A stretch of DNA of 63,978 nt, filler included, from Pelomyxa schiedti (lineage: Eukaryota; Protista; Evosea): the NCBI GenBank assembly GCA_020536535.1. It is 10 parts of 10 records of this genome, joined end to end, with 100 filler letters (N's around TTAATTAATTAA, not from the genome) between each part and the next. Parts side by side here need not be neighbours in the genome. Positions count along the whole stretch, not along the records: positions 4,116 to 18,468 come from JAHLWZ010000629.1; positions 18,569 to 21,735 come from JAHLWZ010001813.1; positions 21,836 to 22,964 come from JAHLWZ010002794.1; 7 more parts are not named here. One strand, 5' to 3'. Positions 11,901 through 22,963 of this stretch are shown here, in pieces; positions within the stretch are counted from its first letter, which is position 1; each line of letters starts with the position of its first letter. The notes under the pieces were generated by a model. That model did not search any database. It was given only the letters and a program-made list of their open reading frames with translations, and had not been told where the DNA came from. The position numbers were made by a program, and so were the translations under genes.

Positions 11901-14821
11901 GTATCTGTAGCTGCGTCCTTTGTAAACCTTTTCTGCTTGTGTGCAAGAACGGATGCCTCTTTACTTCCTGCCACAGTATTTCGAATGTGCAATGCTGTTG
12001 TGTCGAGGATATGTGAAACCAAAGTACACGCACCTTCGATCCAGTGCATTCAATCATGTGCAGCTTCTCGTGGTTCCGCTATTGTTATATATGCACTACT
12101 TTGCGCAATTGGTAGCAACTCAAGCCAATTTGCGAAGACTCCCAAGCTTCTGTGTGAAGTTCTCTCCATCATTGGTACACTCATAGATGATTTGGGAACC
12201 CAGTAAGCATGACAGTTTTCCCACCCCCCCCCCCCTCTCATATTACTTGTAGAGGTGTAAGTCTGAAGCAATTTGTTTGCCAGATCAAGCCGTTTATTGA
12301 ACACACTACTCCCCAAGTCAAAACTGCTGCAGTGAAGGTCATCCAAATCTCAGGTCCTCAAGTCCATCCAAAAATATATTACAGGTGGTGGCATCAGCTT
12401 CTAAGCATCTCGGGCCCGAACTGAGGAAAGCACTTGGAGACTGCAGCAAGTTATCACTAGAAGTTTTTTCCCTTTCATGGTTTTTTCTTAACCCTCACTT
12501 AGATGATTGACAAAGAAACTACAGCCATGGAAGTGGATCTCCCTTCTCAAAAACCAAGTTCTTCCACAGTTGAAGTAAAACCGGCATTAATGCCACAACT
12601 TTCAGCCGTGCCAACGATGCCAGCACAACCCACTCAAACACAGATCCCACAGAAGAAGTCTGTTCAAGTGCTAAATATGGCTCCACAGCGAATTCCAACT
12701 TCACAGCACAAGGTCACAACAACTGAATGCTCTCAACCAGTCAATGTGCAACAACAGAGTACTTCTACAACAGTTTCCTCGACTGCACCAGTTATTTCTG
12801 AGGTTACCTTGACAACACCGAAAAAACAAGGCAAACCTTGGCAACATCCCAAAGTTCCAAAACAAGAACCCCAAATTGTAGTCATGTCTGATGTTCCTCC
12901 AACACCGCTCCATCCTTCACTTACAGAACCACTCCCGCAACCCACTAGGCTCCCTGTTCAACCCAACTCACTGAATGTTGCAAGTACTGAGACTGTTCAA
13001 TCGCAGAGGCGAACCTCACTTCCAACTTCACACCCTCCTGTCATCGTTGCACAGTCAATTACTATTCCTACAACTTCGGCATCACATAATATACAGACAG
13101 TGTGGCCGCAGGTCTTGCTCAGATGGAACGGGGAATCCAATGCAGTAACAAATATTATTACTTTACTCTCACAGGCCACAGTTTGTATGCAAGTAATCAC
13201 TGTTCCTATCATAAGTTCTCTAACAACACTTCAAAAACAAAACATCTGAAGAAGTCCAATACAATCCCAACAGCGGAGTATGTTTGAACCCTCAAGAAAA
13301 GTATTATTAACTCCATTGTAGTTTTATAAAGGGGGTTGCACACGTTCTAAATGAAGCTGCTCGTATGACTGGGCATATCTCTGCTTCAGTAGCTGCGCCA
13401 GCTATCGACACACTGGCTTGCATATTCGGCTTACCACAGTTCCCTCATGAGGCCAACATATTTGAGCATGCACGTGAAAGCCTTTTTCCAATCCCTCTCT
13501 AATAATTTCTAAGGTATTCAGTGATCTTTCGTCCGCTGCTCTTTCTTCCCAATTAGCTCCTAAAATTGATAATGCCTTGTTGGTACTGCTCAAACACAGT
13601 GGCAATGGCCCAGATGCAGCATTGCTGTGGAACCTATCCCTGGCCATTTTACGCTTATTGAGAAGAATGGTCGCCTCACAGCTATCACAGAATCATCACA
13701 CCACCTTACAAACTCCCACCTCCATCGATCCTTCAGGGCAACTCCAAGTTGAAGAAGCTCAAACCGCAATCAGAAAACAGTATCTCTTGCGGGTGCTATA
13801 TGCCTTCTTATGCAAGAAAACTGCAGCTCAAGTTGACGGACCTCTCATAGAAAGTGTACTTATAGAGCTGCATAAGAGTTTCGTGCTTCTTCTTCACACT
13901 CCGGCACTTACCTCAAACCCTAGCAATAAGGAATTAACAAAGACCGTCATCACCATGACTCACAAACTCGTCTTCACACATCCACTCACTGTTACTCAAT
14001 ACCTTCATTTCCTGGATGCGCCACCTTACAGCAACCAACCCAAAGACGTCACCCAATTCTTGCAGCGTTTCCTCAACGAATATGCACAACAGCAGCCGGC
14101 ACAACCCAAAGCACTCACACCAATGCAAGAAGAGCCATGGCAAGTTATGTCACCAAAGAAGCGTGGAAAAGGCTCCACACCAGTCAAATCCCCGCGGAAG
14201 AGAGCCAGTCCCACCAAGGCACCCCCGCAATTACAACAACTCCAGCAGCTTCAATATGCTCCGCAACAGCAATACAACTTCCCGCAGCAGCAGCAATCCA
14301 TACACCAACAAATGATGTACCTGCAACAACCCCTCGGCCCCGCCAATTTTCAGCAGCAACAATTTCCCCCAACAACAAATCCAGGTCACCCCGTTGCAAC
14401 TGCAAGCTTCGCAAATACACAGAGTAACTTTTTCCAACAAATGCAGCAAGTTCAACCGCAACAGCAACCCCAGCAGTATCTCCCACAATTCCGGCCGGCC
14501 GTGCCTCCGCAACAACTAATGCCCACAGCACTATTCCCACCAACAACTCTAACACAAGAAGAGAAGCTCAAACAGCAAATGAAACAGCAGCAACTACAAC
14601 AGCTACAACAACAATCAATTACAGCGCAATCACGATACAACCCCACAACAGCCACAACCAGTGTAATAACCAACACCACAAAACCAACATCAACATCAAC
14701 CGGAACAGTACCGGCTCTAGTAAAACCACAACAATTACCAAACCCCTCACAGGCACCAGCCACATCAATAGAACAACTCAAAGAAAGACTGGCCCGGCTC
14801 CAAACAGGAGGGTCCCACTAA
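8958..14821 (+). CDS. XMAP215/Dis1/CP224-family TOG-domain microtubule polymerase, many introns
   Basis: TOG/HEAT signatures HRDWKARL, DSNAAVQEQSL, FKHRDSNVRKEA, KWLEKK, ESNVNVV, APEVREE and DKNWRERL, with S/T/P linkers and a Q-rich tail ending EQLKERLARLQ. Confidence 0.85.
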
Positions 14822-14921
14822 TACTAAACAAAAAGAAAGGAATCGGTGTGGCCGAGAATCGGCAAGATTGTTTAAAACAACAGTAGTACAAATAAGTTAT
14901 TGTTTGCTTTGGTATGTCAAA

Positions 14922-15633
14922 TCACAGAGGGCAGGCATATTTGCTCTTCATCCATCTGGGCTTTGTTAGGAAAAATTGGAAAACCAGCAAATAAGATTTA
15001 CACACAATGTGTATTCACAGCTGGATAGTTCCGCAATATCGTAGAGGATAGTCTCAGCGTCCGGACTGCATGCAATGTATATTGTGGTTGTGCGGGGATA
15101 CTGGCATGAATTGCCCTCCCCATACCACACTGTCACACCACTGTCTGGTCCGTTTTCTATGATTTGGTGTTGGATCATTTCCAAAATAATAATAAACACG
15201 CTAACCTCCATCGGAGAACTTCATGGTGCTAAGGATTCCGCATCCATAGTAGTGTGTGTTCGAGCCCTGCTGGCAAACGGCCTGTGTTGGGGTGCATGAA
15301 GCCGTTGCATTACCGCAAATGTTGGCCCAGTATGTGCTCCCCTTGGAATCGTCGATAACGTAGCTGTTTCTATTACGGCTTGTTACTATCTAGTAAAAAA
15401 AAACGAGATAAAGGAGAATACCCATTGGTCAATGTCAATGGTGACAGATCATATTTTAAAGTTTGTCCATTAGTTCCAGTGGTTGTATATGTGCACGACT
15501 AATTATTTTTTGGAGTACAAGAAGGAAGGCATTAGTATTAGAACCAGAGCATCGCGAAAGGATGAAGAAAACAAACCTGTTGGGCAACAACCAGTGTCAA
15601 TCCCGCCAATAACAACCCAATAATTGCCTTCAT
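14922..15633 (-). CDS. Small secreted mannose-6-phosphate-receptor-homology (MRH/ATG27-like) domain protein
   Basis: Signal peptide MKAIIGLLLAGLTLVVA, then YDLSPL, YWANICG, GVTVWYGEG..C...RTTTIYIAC, E..SCEY and SKYACP*. No TM helix is seen. Confidence 0.8.
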
Positions 15634-15893
15634 GTTTTTACAATGGAAAGTTGGTTTCTTTTTGGTTTTTGGTTTTTGCTTTTTTTGCGGGCCCTTTAAG
15701 CCCACCCAAAAAGAAAAAACCCCATCGACATGTCACGTTAACGCACCCACGACTAACTTCACCCCAAAACTGTTTTTGGGGCAGCTGATGGCTTCGCGAA
15801 AGTAACAGTGATGAACTCAGAAACAAAGCCCTGGGGCAACCATCAATAGTTTATTTGTTTTCCTTCCCGTGGTTACTGGTGGCGTGAATGCTT

Positions 15894-17219
15894 CTAAAAG
15901 GCACAGATGGCAATGACACCAAAGAGGTTAGTGATTACCACACTGAGGCAATGCACATTGCTCGAACCATGAATGACACTCAGCTTGTTCTTTTCACGCT
16001 GCAGCAGGAACCCCGACCTGGCAACAACTTGGTTCACACCCTTCCAGCCAAAGTTATCTCGCTCCTCCACGTCGCCAAGATCAGCGAGCGTGATGACCCT
16101 GAGTGGCTTCGCGACGTTGTTGCAGTCCCAGATCTGGGCAAATTCCCCTGAGATGCAAAACAGAGACTCGCTCAGCTGTGACACGTCGCACAGTGTCTCG
16201 CTCTTCAGCTTGGTGTCGATGTGAATGGCGTAGGAACTCTCAGAAACCACACTGACGGATACATCTGGAGAGGTTTTCACAACGAAGCAGTGCTCCCCGT
16301 TCTTCATCACAAGAGAAAGAACGGTACCCTTGTAGATTAAATCTGTATGGTCGGGTAGTATTCCTTTGAGTGAAAACCGGGTTGAAGACACCACTGCCAA
16401 GCTGCCTGTGGAGCTTGATATCTCCAGGTTCACAGCAACAAGTAAGTAGGTATGAAATATGTCTTTCTGGTGCAGAACCACCACAGCCTCATCAGCGTTT
16501 ACCTGGCTGAAACTAACCTGCGAAACAGAGGAAAAGGTTGGATCCTCAGGAGTGTGGCTCAAGCAACGCACTGCAGTCTCCAATTGTGGATTCGCTTCCC
16601 CCCATTTCACAAATGCAATCGCAAAGCCAGTTGGACTCCCACCAATAGTGGTTAATGCCCCCCTCTGTGGCCAGCATTTCACCAACCACTTGGTGTCGGC
16701 AGCACTCAGGAAAGGGGCAGGCACACCTCCGATTCCAATCAGCTTCCTCTCCTTCAACTGGACTGCATGTCCCGAAGGTCCCTGCCTTACAACAACCTCA
16801 GAAATTGATACCTTGCCAGTTTCTCGGCATATTTTCAGGAACTGGTTGTATCCAACCCACTTGTTACGTGACCTGTATGGGTGGGCCGCAAATGGGTGTA
16901 TGAATCCCAGGAGCAGTGGTGACATCCTGAAGTACACCTTCGTTATCACACGATGGTCTTCAGCCAAGATAGCAATAAATCCAACAGAGGTTGGAACCAC
17001 GAATTCCTCCCACAGAATGCGAAGAAACGCAATCCACGATGACGAGGATTGGGACAAGGATGACGATGGTGAAGGGGAGAAAATGAAGGAGCGGGCGCCG
17101 CAGCGATTGTGGGATGCCATTGCAACTGCCACCATTTGTGACACCGCACTCACGCCAGAGCATCCTTCGACCTCTGTGAACGCGCTCAGTTGTAGTCCTG
17201 TTGAACTTGATGATGCCAT
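15894..17219 (-). CDS. Intronless lineage-specific hypothetical protein (family member)
   Basis: Long ORF with AVSQMVAVAMASHNRCGARS, KWLV, DEAVVV, IWDCNN..KPLRVI and SGFL, motifs partly shared with 40823-42083. Confidence 0.75.
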   Translation of the reverse strand: MASSSSTGLQLSAFTEVEGCSGVSAVSQMVAVAMASHNRCGARSFIFSPSPSSSLSQSSSSWIAFLRILWEEFVVPTSVGFIAILAEDHRVITKVYFRMSPLLLGFIHPFAAHPYRSRNKWVGYNQFLKICRETGKVSISEVVVRQGPSGHAVQLKERKLIGIGGVPAPFLSAADTKWLVKCWPQRGALTTIGGSPTGFAIAFVKWGEANPQLETAVRCLSHTPEDPTFSSVSQVSFSQVNADEAVVVLHQKDIFHTYLLVAVNLEISSSTGSLAVVSSTRFSLKGILPDHTDLIYKGTVLSLVMKNGEHCFVVKTSPDVSVSVVSESSYAIHIDTKLKSETLCDVSQLSESLFCISGEFAQIWDCNNVAKPLRVITLADLGDVEERDNFGWKGVNQVVARSGFLLQREKNKLSVIHGSSNVHCLSVVITNLFGVIAICAF

Positions 17220-17469
17220 CACAAATATTTTGCTTGACTGGGTTGAAACTTCTTTTTTACTTGAATCTTTTTGAGCTTGACTTTTATTGCCTGGGCTTTG
17301 GCACGTGGCTCTTTCCATCCTTGGAATACATGTATTTGATGATGCCACTCCTCCATGGACTTGAAAAATGAACAGATTGACACGTCGCACAGTGTCTTCG
17401 AATAAAATCAAGATCATCCACGATTGTGGGTGGATTTTTTCTTCGAACCAATTGGTATCTGTTGTGGCA

Positions 17470-17639
17470 GTACTAGAAACTGTAGAGGGCACAGATGCCA
17501 AGGAGGTCACTCATTACCACACGGAGGCAACACATGCCATTAAACCCATGAATGACACTCAGCTTGTTCTTTTCACGATGCAGCAGGATCCCTGACTTGG
17601 AAACAACTTGGTTCACACCCAACCAGTTGAAAGTCTCTC
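17470..17639 (-). pseudogene. 3' end of a tandem paralog of the 15894 gene (rest lies in the gap)
   Basis: High nucleotide similarity to ~15895-16050. Confidence 0.7.
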
Positions 17640-17739
17640 NNNNNNNNNNNNNNNNNNNNNNNNNNNNNNNNNNNNNNNNNNNNNNNNNNNNNNNNNNNNN
17701 NNNNNNNNNNNNNNNNNNNNNNNNNNNNNNNNNNNNNNN

Positions 17740-18115
17740 CTACCTACACATCCACTTCCATGCATCACACACCAACACCCAACAGGAACCAAGTCAGTGG
17801 TTGCTGGTTGTGGCCTGTTGGTCACAACTTCCATCAGTACAGGCCCTGCATCCCCAGCATCCATGTTGAAGCAGAACTACACTCCCTTTACAACTAAGAC
17901 AGCTTTTGGGTCTCCATTCAGCAGTGACAGCACCACCACAGTGACAACAACACACACACATTCGTTGACACACTGACAGGAACCACTTTGTTCACCATGA
18001 CTCTCAACAATGGTATCCTTCCACAGTCAATCACTCAAGTTCCCTTCAGAACTCCCGCCTTCCACTGAAGACAGAGGCAAACCCTTCCACCACAGTCAAT
18101 CAAATTCTTATTAAC
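17740..18115 (+). repeat. Near-identical duplicate of 6913-7282
   Basis: Direct comparison shows a few SNPs and microsatellite indels. Identity ends at TTAA(C). Confidence 0.95.
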
Positions 18116-18468
18116 CCTTTAGCTAAAATCTCCGATTATCCCATGTTACTGCCTTCTGATGCATCCCGATGCATCCCGATGTATCCCGATGTATCCCGAT
18201 GGTCGATGGGAGATGTAGAAGGATGTATCGCGGTGCAGATGGATAGAACTCTTAGTTTAAGTGCGATGTAACGCGATGAAGAGAACTGCTGGAACGGAGG
18301 AAGCAATGCAACACATTTGGGAACTACAAGCAACAGAAACAAACACATTTTTTTTATTATCACTCTATGCCAGAGCCACTTGAACCAGAGTCACTCTCCT
18401 TGCTTTTGTGGGTGTTGTGACTTTCCTTACGGCGTTTTTGGTGGTTGCCCTTGGGTCCCTGGTTTTTG
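18111..18468. mobile_element. Probable piggyBac-type (TTAA-specific) transposon end with subterminal 10-bp repeats
   Basis: TTAA followed by CCCTTTAGCTAAAATC, exactly where the duplicate departs from the empty-site copy at 7278-7281. (GYATCCCGAT)x4 lies at 18161-18200. Confidence 0.6.
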
Positions 18469-18568
18469 NNNNNNNNNNNNNNNNNNNNNNNNNNNNNNNN
18501 NNNNNNNNNNNNTTAATTAATTAANNNNNNNNNNNNNNNNNNNNNNNNNNNNNNNNNNNNNNNNNNNN

Positions 18569-20235
18569 AGAAGCCTGAGAAGATACTGCCTGCAATAGAG
18601 CTGCAGCAAGAGATGAACAGTGAATTCCTTGCAACCACTCAAGGCAGGCTTTTAACAAGTTCAAGACAAGATTGGTGAAACAATGCAAAGGATCATACAC
18701 CAAGCGCTTTTGAATTGGTTTAGACAACTCTTGTTCAAGGGTTAACTGGTAGTAGTATTTCCAAATGTCCAATAGCCACTTGCCAAGCTTATCAGCCACA
18801 GAGAATGTACAGCCATCTCTTGTGCAGATCCATTTGTCTTGGATGTTTCCTTGCCTCTCAGAAGCATTTGGTTGTGCACAATTGTGGGTCAAGGGAACAG
18901 CTTGCATCCAGTCAACACAACAACAAGTGCGGATCAAGAAAGAAGGAGCACCTTCCTGCAAGAAATAAGGCAACTCTTGCAGATGAATCCCATTCAAGAA
19001 CTCCATGAAGTGAACTTGCTCTTCCACATCACACAGAAAACCCTCATTGCCAACTCTCTCCACCTTGAGCATAGCCACTGTTCCAAAGCAGGAGTGGTGT
19101 TGTGGGTGTGAAACAGATGCTAAACTCATCCCATAGAAGAGATTTTTACCCCACAGCTGCCTGCCATCAATAAACCCCTTGACTAAGATGTGATTCAGAC
19201 CATGTAAGTCCCACAGATGCTGCTTGGATAACATGAAGCATAGGCACCATTGAAGCCATTCCTCATGGGGGAAACTTGTGCCCAAGAGCAGTGTTGTTTC
19301 ATGCATTGTAAAATGGCCTTTTTTCTTTCAGGAATGTGCAACAATGAGCACAGCAGATGCCACTCAGAGTGAGACAAGTTCATGTGAAGCTTCACATAAG
19401 TGCAATGTTCCAATAAATGAGTCCTCTCCTCCTTCTCCCTTGCAGATCTCCCACAGTAGTCTTCCCAAGTGCCACTTGGAAGCACTTTTACTTGCTTTGA
19501 GGGTGACAATGTGCATAAAGAAACATTGGAAGAGCCTACAAATCAAACTTAAGTTTTTTTATTAAGAAGACTCAAAACAAGATTTAACTCTTCTCATTCA
19601 TACTTTGGTTGAATGTCACTGCAGCTTCCTTCTCTTTCCAACACTCTTCTTTGAGATGGTCAATGTCAGCTTGATGCTTCTTTTCCATCTCTTGTTTCTC
19701 TTGCTTGTGCTTCCAAAGCAGCTTCTGTGTTGTTCATGTATGCATTGAAGCTGTGCCTTGCTCTCAGCTCTCAAGGCAGCCACAGTCTCTTGGAGTTGTG
19801 TCGACCAAAGCATTTAAAAAACAGCTCACTTACAACAGATTGTGTGGCAAGTGCCTGTGTTACCTGCATAGCGGTCATAGCAATCCTTGCATTTCCACCT
19901 TGGTTTTGTCTTTCAGTCAATGCTTGGCTGAGTGACACAGGTGCAGAAGATGCACTTTGGGGGGTATGTGATGTAGAACCAAGTGCAATGACAGTGGGGG
20001 CATCAGTTTGAGAAGATGGAGTTGTTTTGGAGGTTTTGGGTATTTTTGAAGCTTTTGGTTGAGTCACCCCTGAAACAGACCTCTCTTTGTGGATGCGGGC
20101 ACTGCTGGCCTCACAAAGACCCACAGCTATATCTAGACAAACTTGTACATCTTCTGGGTTGGTTGGTGAGATGGATTGAATGTTGTCAATTGGTACAAAG
20201 ACAACAATCAGGATGCACCCCAAGGTTTTTGCCAT
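18569..20235 (-). pseudogene. Transib/RAG1-core-like DDE transposase, frameshifted and truncated by the gap
   Basis: Ordered motifs CTYVKLHMNLSHSEWHLL, VKGFIDG, CVDWM, WICTRDGC and YDPLHCFTN. There is a frame change near 19235 and an upstream low-complexity/coiled-coil region. Confidence 0.65.
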
Positions 20236-20559
20236 TACTTACTTCTTGTGTGTGATTCTGTGAACACACAGGCAAACTGTGCACAAGGCACACTCACGAG
20301 ACTCGAGACTGGAGACTTGGAGGCTGAGTCATCACTTACCAAGTTCGGAAATCAAGTTCACAGAAAGATCATTGAGATACCCAAGACCTTTCCCTTCCTT
20401 TATAAACACACACCAAGTCACCTCATTTCTATACAAAAAATACCAAGAATCCCAATACAAATATACAAAAACCCCAACACAAATACCTACACCCAAATGT
20501 ATCCATCCATTCATTCAAGATGAATAAAATACTTGGTGGTTTTTGTGTTCTCAGCTTTT

Positions 20560-21645
20560 GCAGCATCCCAAATTAACACCCCATCAACAGGCTGCCCACA
20601 ACCCTCCCCTTGCCATACAAACCCCTTTTCAACAGTGTATGAACAGGCTTTGTTTTTGTTGTTGTCTACTTTGTTGTTTCTCCTGTTTCAAGACTTCAAT
20701 CTTTCTTTCCTCAATTTCTTGCCTGAGAAGCTTGAGATGTGATGACATTAAGCTTACTTTTGGATGTCCTTCACAAAATTCAAGAATTGAATTCAGTTCC
20801 TCACTGTTGAGGTCCTTCCACTTGGAGAGCAGCAATTTTTCCTCTGGGGCACATTGTTCAAATGCAAAAGAATGGTTGATTACATCCATACAACCTAAAA
20901 AAATGTAAGGGAAAGTTTTGTTCCCACACAACCTTCAACTTTCGACTTGGTTCTTCGTGGTTGTGACACTGTTGTACAGGAAGAAGTGGGTGAACCAGAT
21001 ATTGAAGTCTATTACATTTTAAGAAGATCACATTGGGGGAGAAGACATACATGTGAACCAGTGTTTTGTTGTGGTTCAGCCAAAAAGTCATTTGTTGTGG
21101 ACATGGCACATGGGCCTGATGTGTTTACTTGTAGCTCTGTGAGAGTATCATGTGGGAGCACTGATGTGTTGTCATTCAGGAAAGAAGAAGAACATGTTGT
21201 GGGTGTGACCTCAGTTGAGGTAACAGATGTGGGGGTTGGCACTCCATGTTCATCTGATGTGGATGAACATACAGGCAAGATTGTATCAACAATAGCACTT
21301 TGAGGGGGGGAGTCTGACACCACAATTGGTGTGATGTTGTCTTGTGATGAAACAGGAACAGCAAAGTCCTCTGAACACTCATTGATTGTTGTTGTATCAA
21401 GGGGACCAGACTTACCACCAACTTGTGGAACATGGAGCTGTTGAGGATGTTCATTCACTGCTAAAATTCGTGGAGGAGGAGGAGGTGCTGTTGTGTTGCA
21501 TGGTGTAACACACATTGGTGAAACTGCAAGAGTTGAATGGCGTAGTGAGGTTTTGCGTGTGTTGTGCCTGTGCTTCGGGTTCGTTTTCGGACTTCGGAGT
21601 TTTTTCTGAGAACTGATGACCGATGGGTCTGAGGGCCTTGTCATG
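20560..21645 (-). pseudogene. Second, unknown ORF within the transposon (S/T/P-rich N-terminus, coiled coil, Cys-containing tail)
   Basis: Overlapping ORF pieces 21012-21677, 20858-21109 and 20629-20931 on the same strand, CpG-depleted. Confidence 0.45.
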
Positions 21646-22426
21646 CGCACCGACGCCTGGAAAATGCGGGGAAACACTTTTTTAACCTGTTTAACACTCT
21701 GTGGGACCTCTGGTTGGAGTTTTTGACTGCAGGATNNNNNNNNNNNNNNNNNNNNNNNNNNNNNNNNNNNNNNNNNNNNTTAATTAATTAANNNNNNNNN
21801 NNNNNNNNNNNNNNNNNNNNNNNNNNNNNNNNNNNTGCAACTGATTGTTTTCACGGAAAGTGCAGTTCGCCAACACACAGAGCACTGGCACAGCTGCTGT
21901 CACATTCTCTACATGCGAGGCATTGTCCTGCGAGTGCGCGGAGCTGCGCATGCCACTCGTGAGATCAGGTTCTATTTATTTTCTTCTGTTCTTTTCTAAG
22001 GGAGAAACCCCAAAAAGGTGCCAACAACCAAAAACGGACAGATTTCAGAGAAACTGGCTTTCAAACCCAACACGCTCTGCTGAACTTGAATCGTCAGGCC
22101 AATATACAGTTCGATCCTTGGTAAGGAGAAGCTGACAACCCTCTGTACTGTGACTTCAGGAGTAATTCTAAACAACATGTGCCCAGTACAGAAGTGGGGG
22201 ATGTTTCGTCGGATAAATAAAAAGAAATAAACACCAGCTGGGGACGTTCTGCCACTTTTCTCACCCCGAAAATCAACACATCAAAAATCTACCCCTTTGG
22301 ATGCAAGTTGCCTTAGGCGTTGATGATGTCGCGCTCAAGCTTGGCCTCGAAGAAACTGCATAAAAACCAGCAGATTACACAGGCCTTGCCGGGGCACGAG
22401 AAACAGGCCTACGACAATCGTCCGAG

Positions 22427-22963
22427 ATGCTAACACGCAACAAGCACTTGAGGGGGTTGTTGTTGATGCTCACTTTTTTTGGACTGTCATCATCAACCAC
22501 CGAGGGAGATGTGGCTGTGGAGTTGCCATCACTGGCAAGTGGGTTTCTCGTTCCTCATGCTCTCAGGTCTGGCCTCTCCAGGGAATCTCAGGAAGCACTC
22601 GATGAACAAGTTTCGCATGGGAGGAAATTGGCAGAGAGAATGAAGCCATTGTGGGAGATGGGAATGTCATCATCAACTGGTGGCGGGAACATATCTTGCT
22701 GGTCGCCTGTTGGCGATGTTCATATCAGAGGGGACGGCATCACAGGGGAAAGGATAGTTCCAAAGATCATCCATCAAATCAGCATCAAGAAAGCAGCCTC
22801 GGATCCAGAAATTCCCACGAGATTCTTGGAATACACGCAGGCGTGGAGGCGCCTCAACCCTGGTGAGTCGTATCTTCACTTTCAAATTCCTCACTCTCGG
22901 CTTCAGACTTTATTTACTTGCTATGGGATAATAACACTCTGGAAGAGATGGTGCACCGAGTCT
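22427..22963 (+). CDS. Glycosyltransferase family 32 (OCH1/SUR1-like), 5' part
   Basis: N-terminal signal/anchor, then VPKIIHQ, AWRRLNP and spliced YLLWD. Truncated by the gap. Confidence 0.75.

Larger units (their letters stand above)
18569..21703 (-). mobile_element. Degenerate Transib/RAG1-like DNA transposon (5' portion)
   Basis: Transposase motifs at 18569-19510, an RSS-like terminus at 21676-21703, two co-oriented decayed ORF regions and strong CpG depletion. Confidence 0.65.

Noticed and set aside
4531-17219. Beta-rich family genes as RAG2-like partners of the transposase
   Set aside because: No kelch GG motifs or PHD finger were seen. They lie outside the putative TIR, on other contigs, and belong to a dispersed family.
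18158-18201. 10-bp repeats as a CRISPR array
   Set aside because: Contiguous tandem units with no spacers, in a eukaryotic context with no cas genes.
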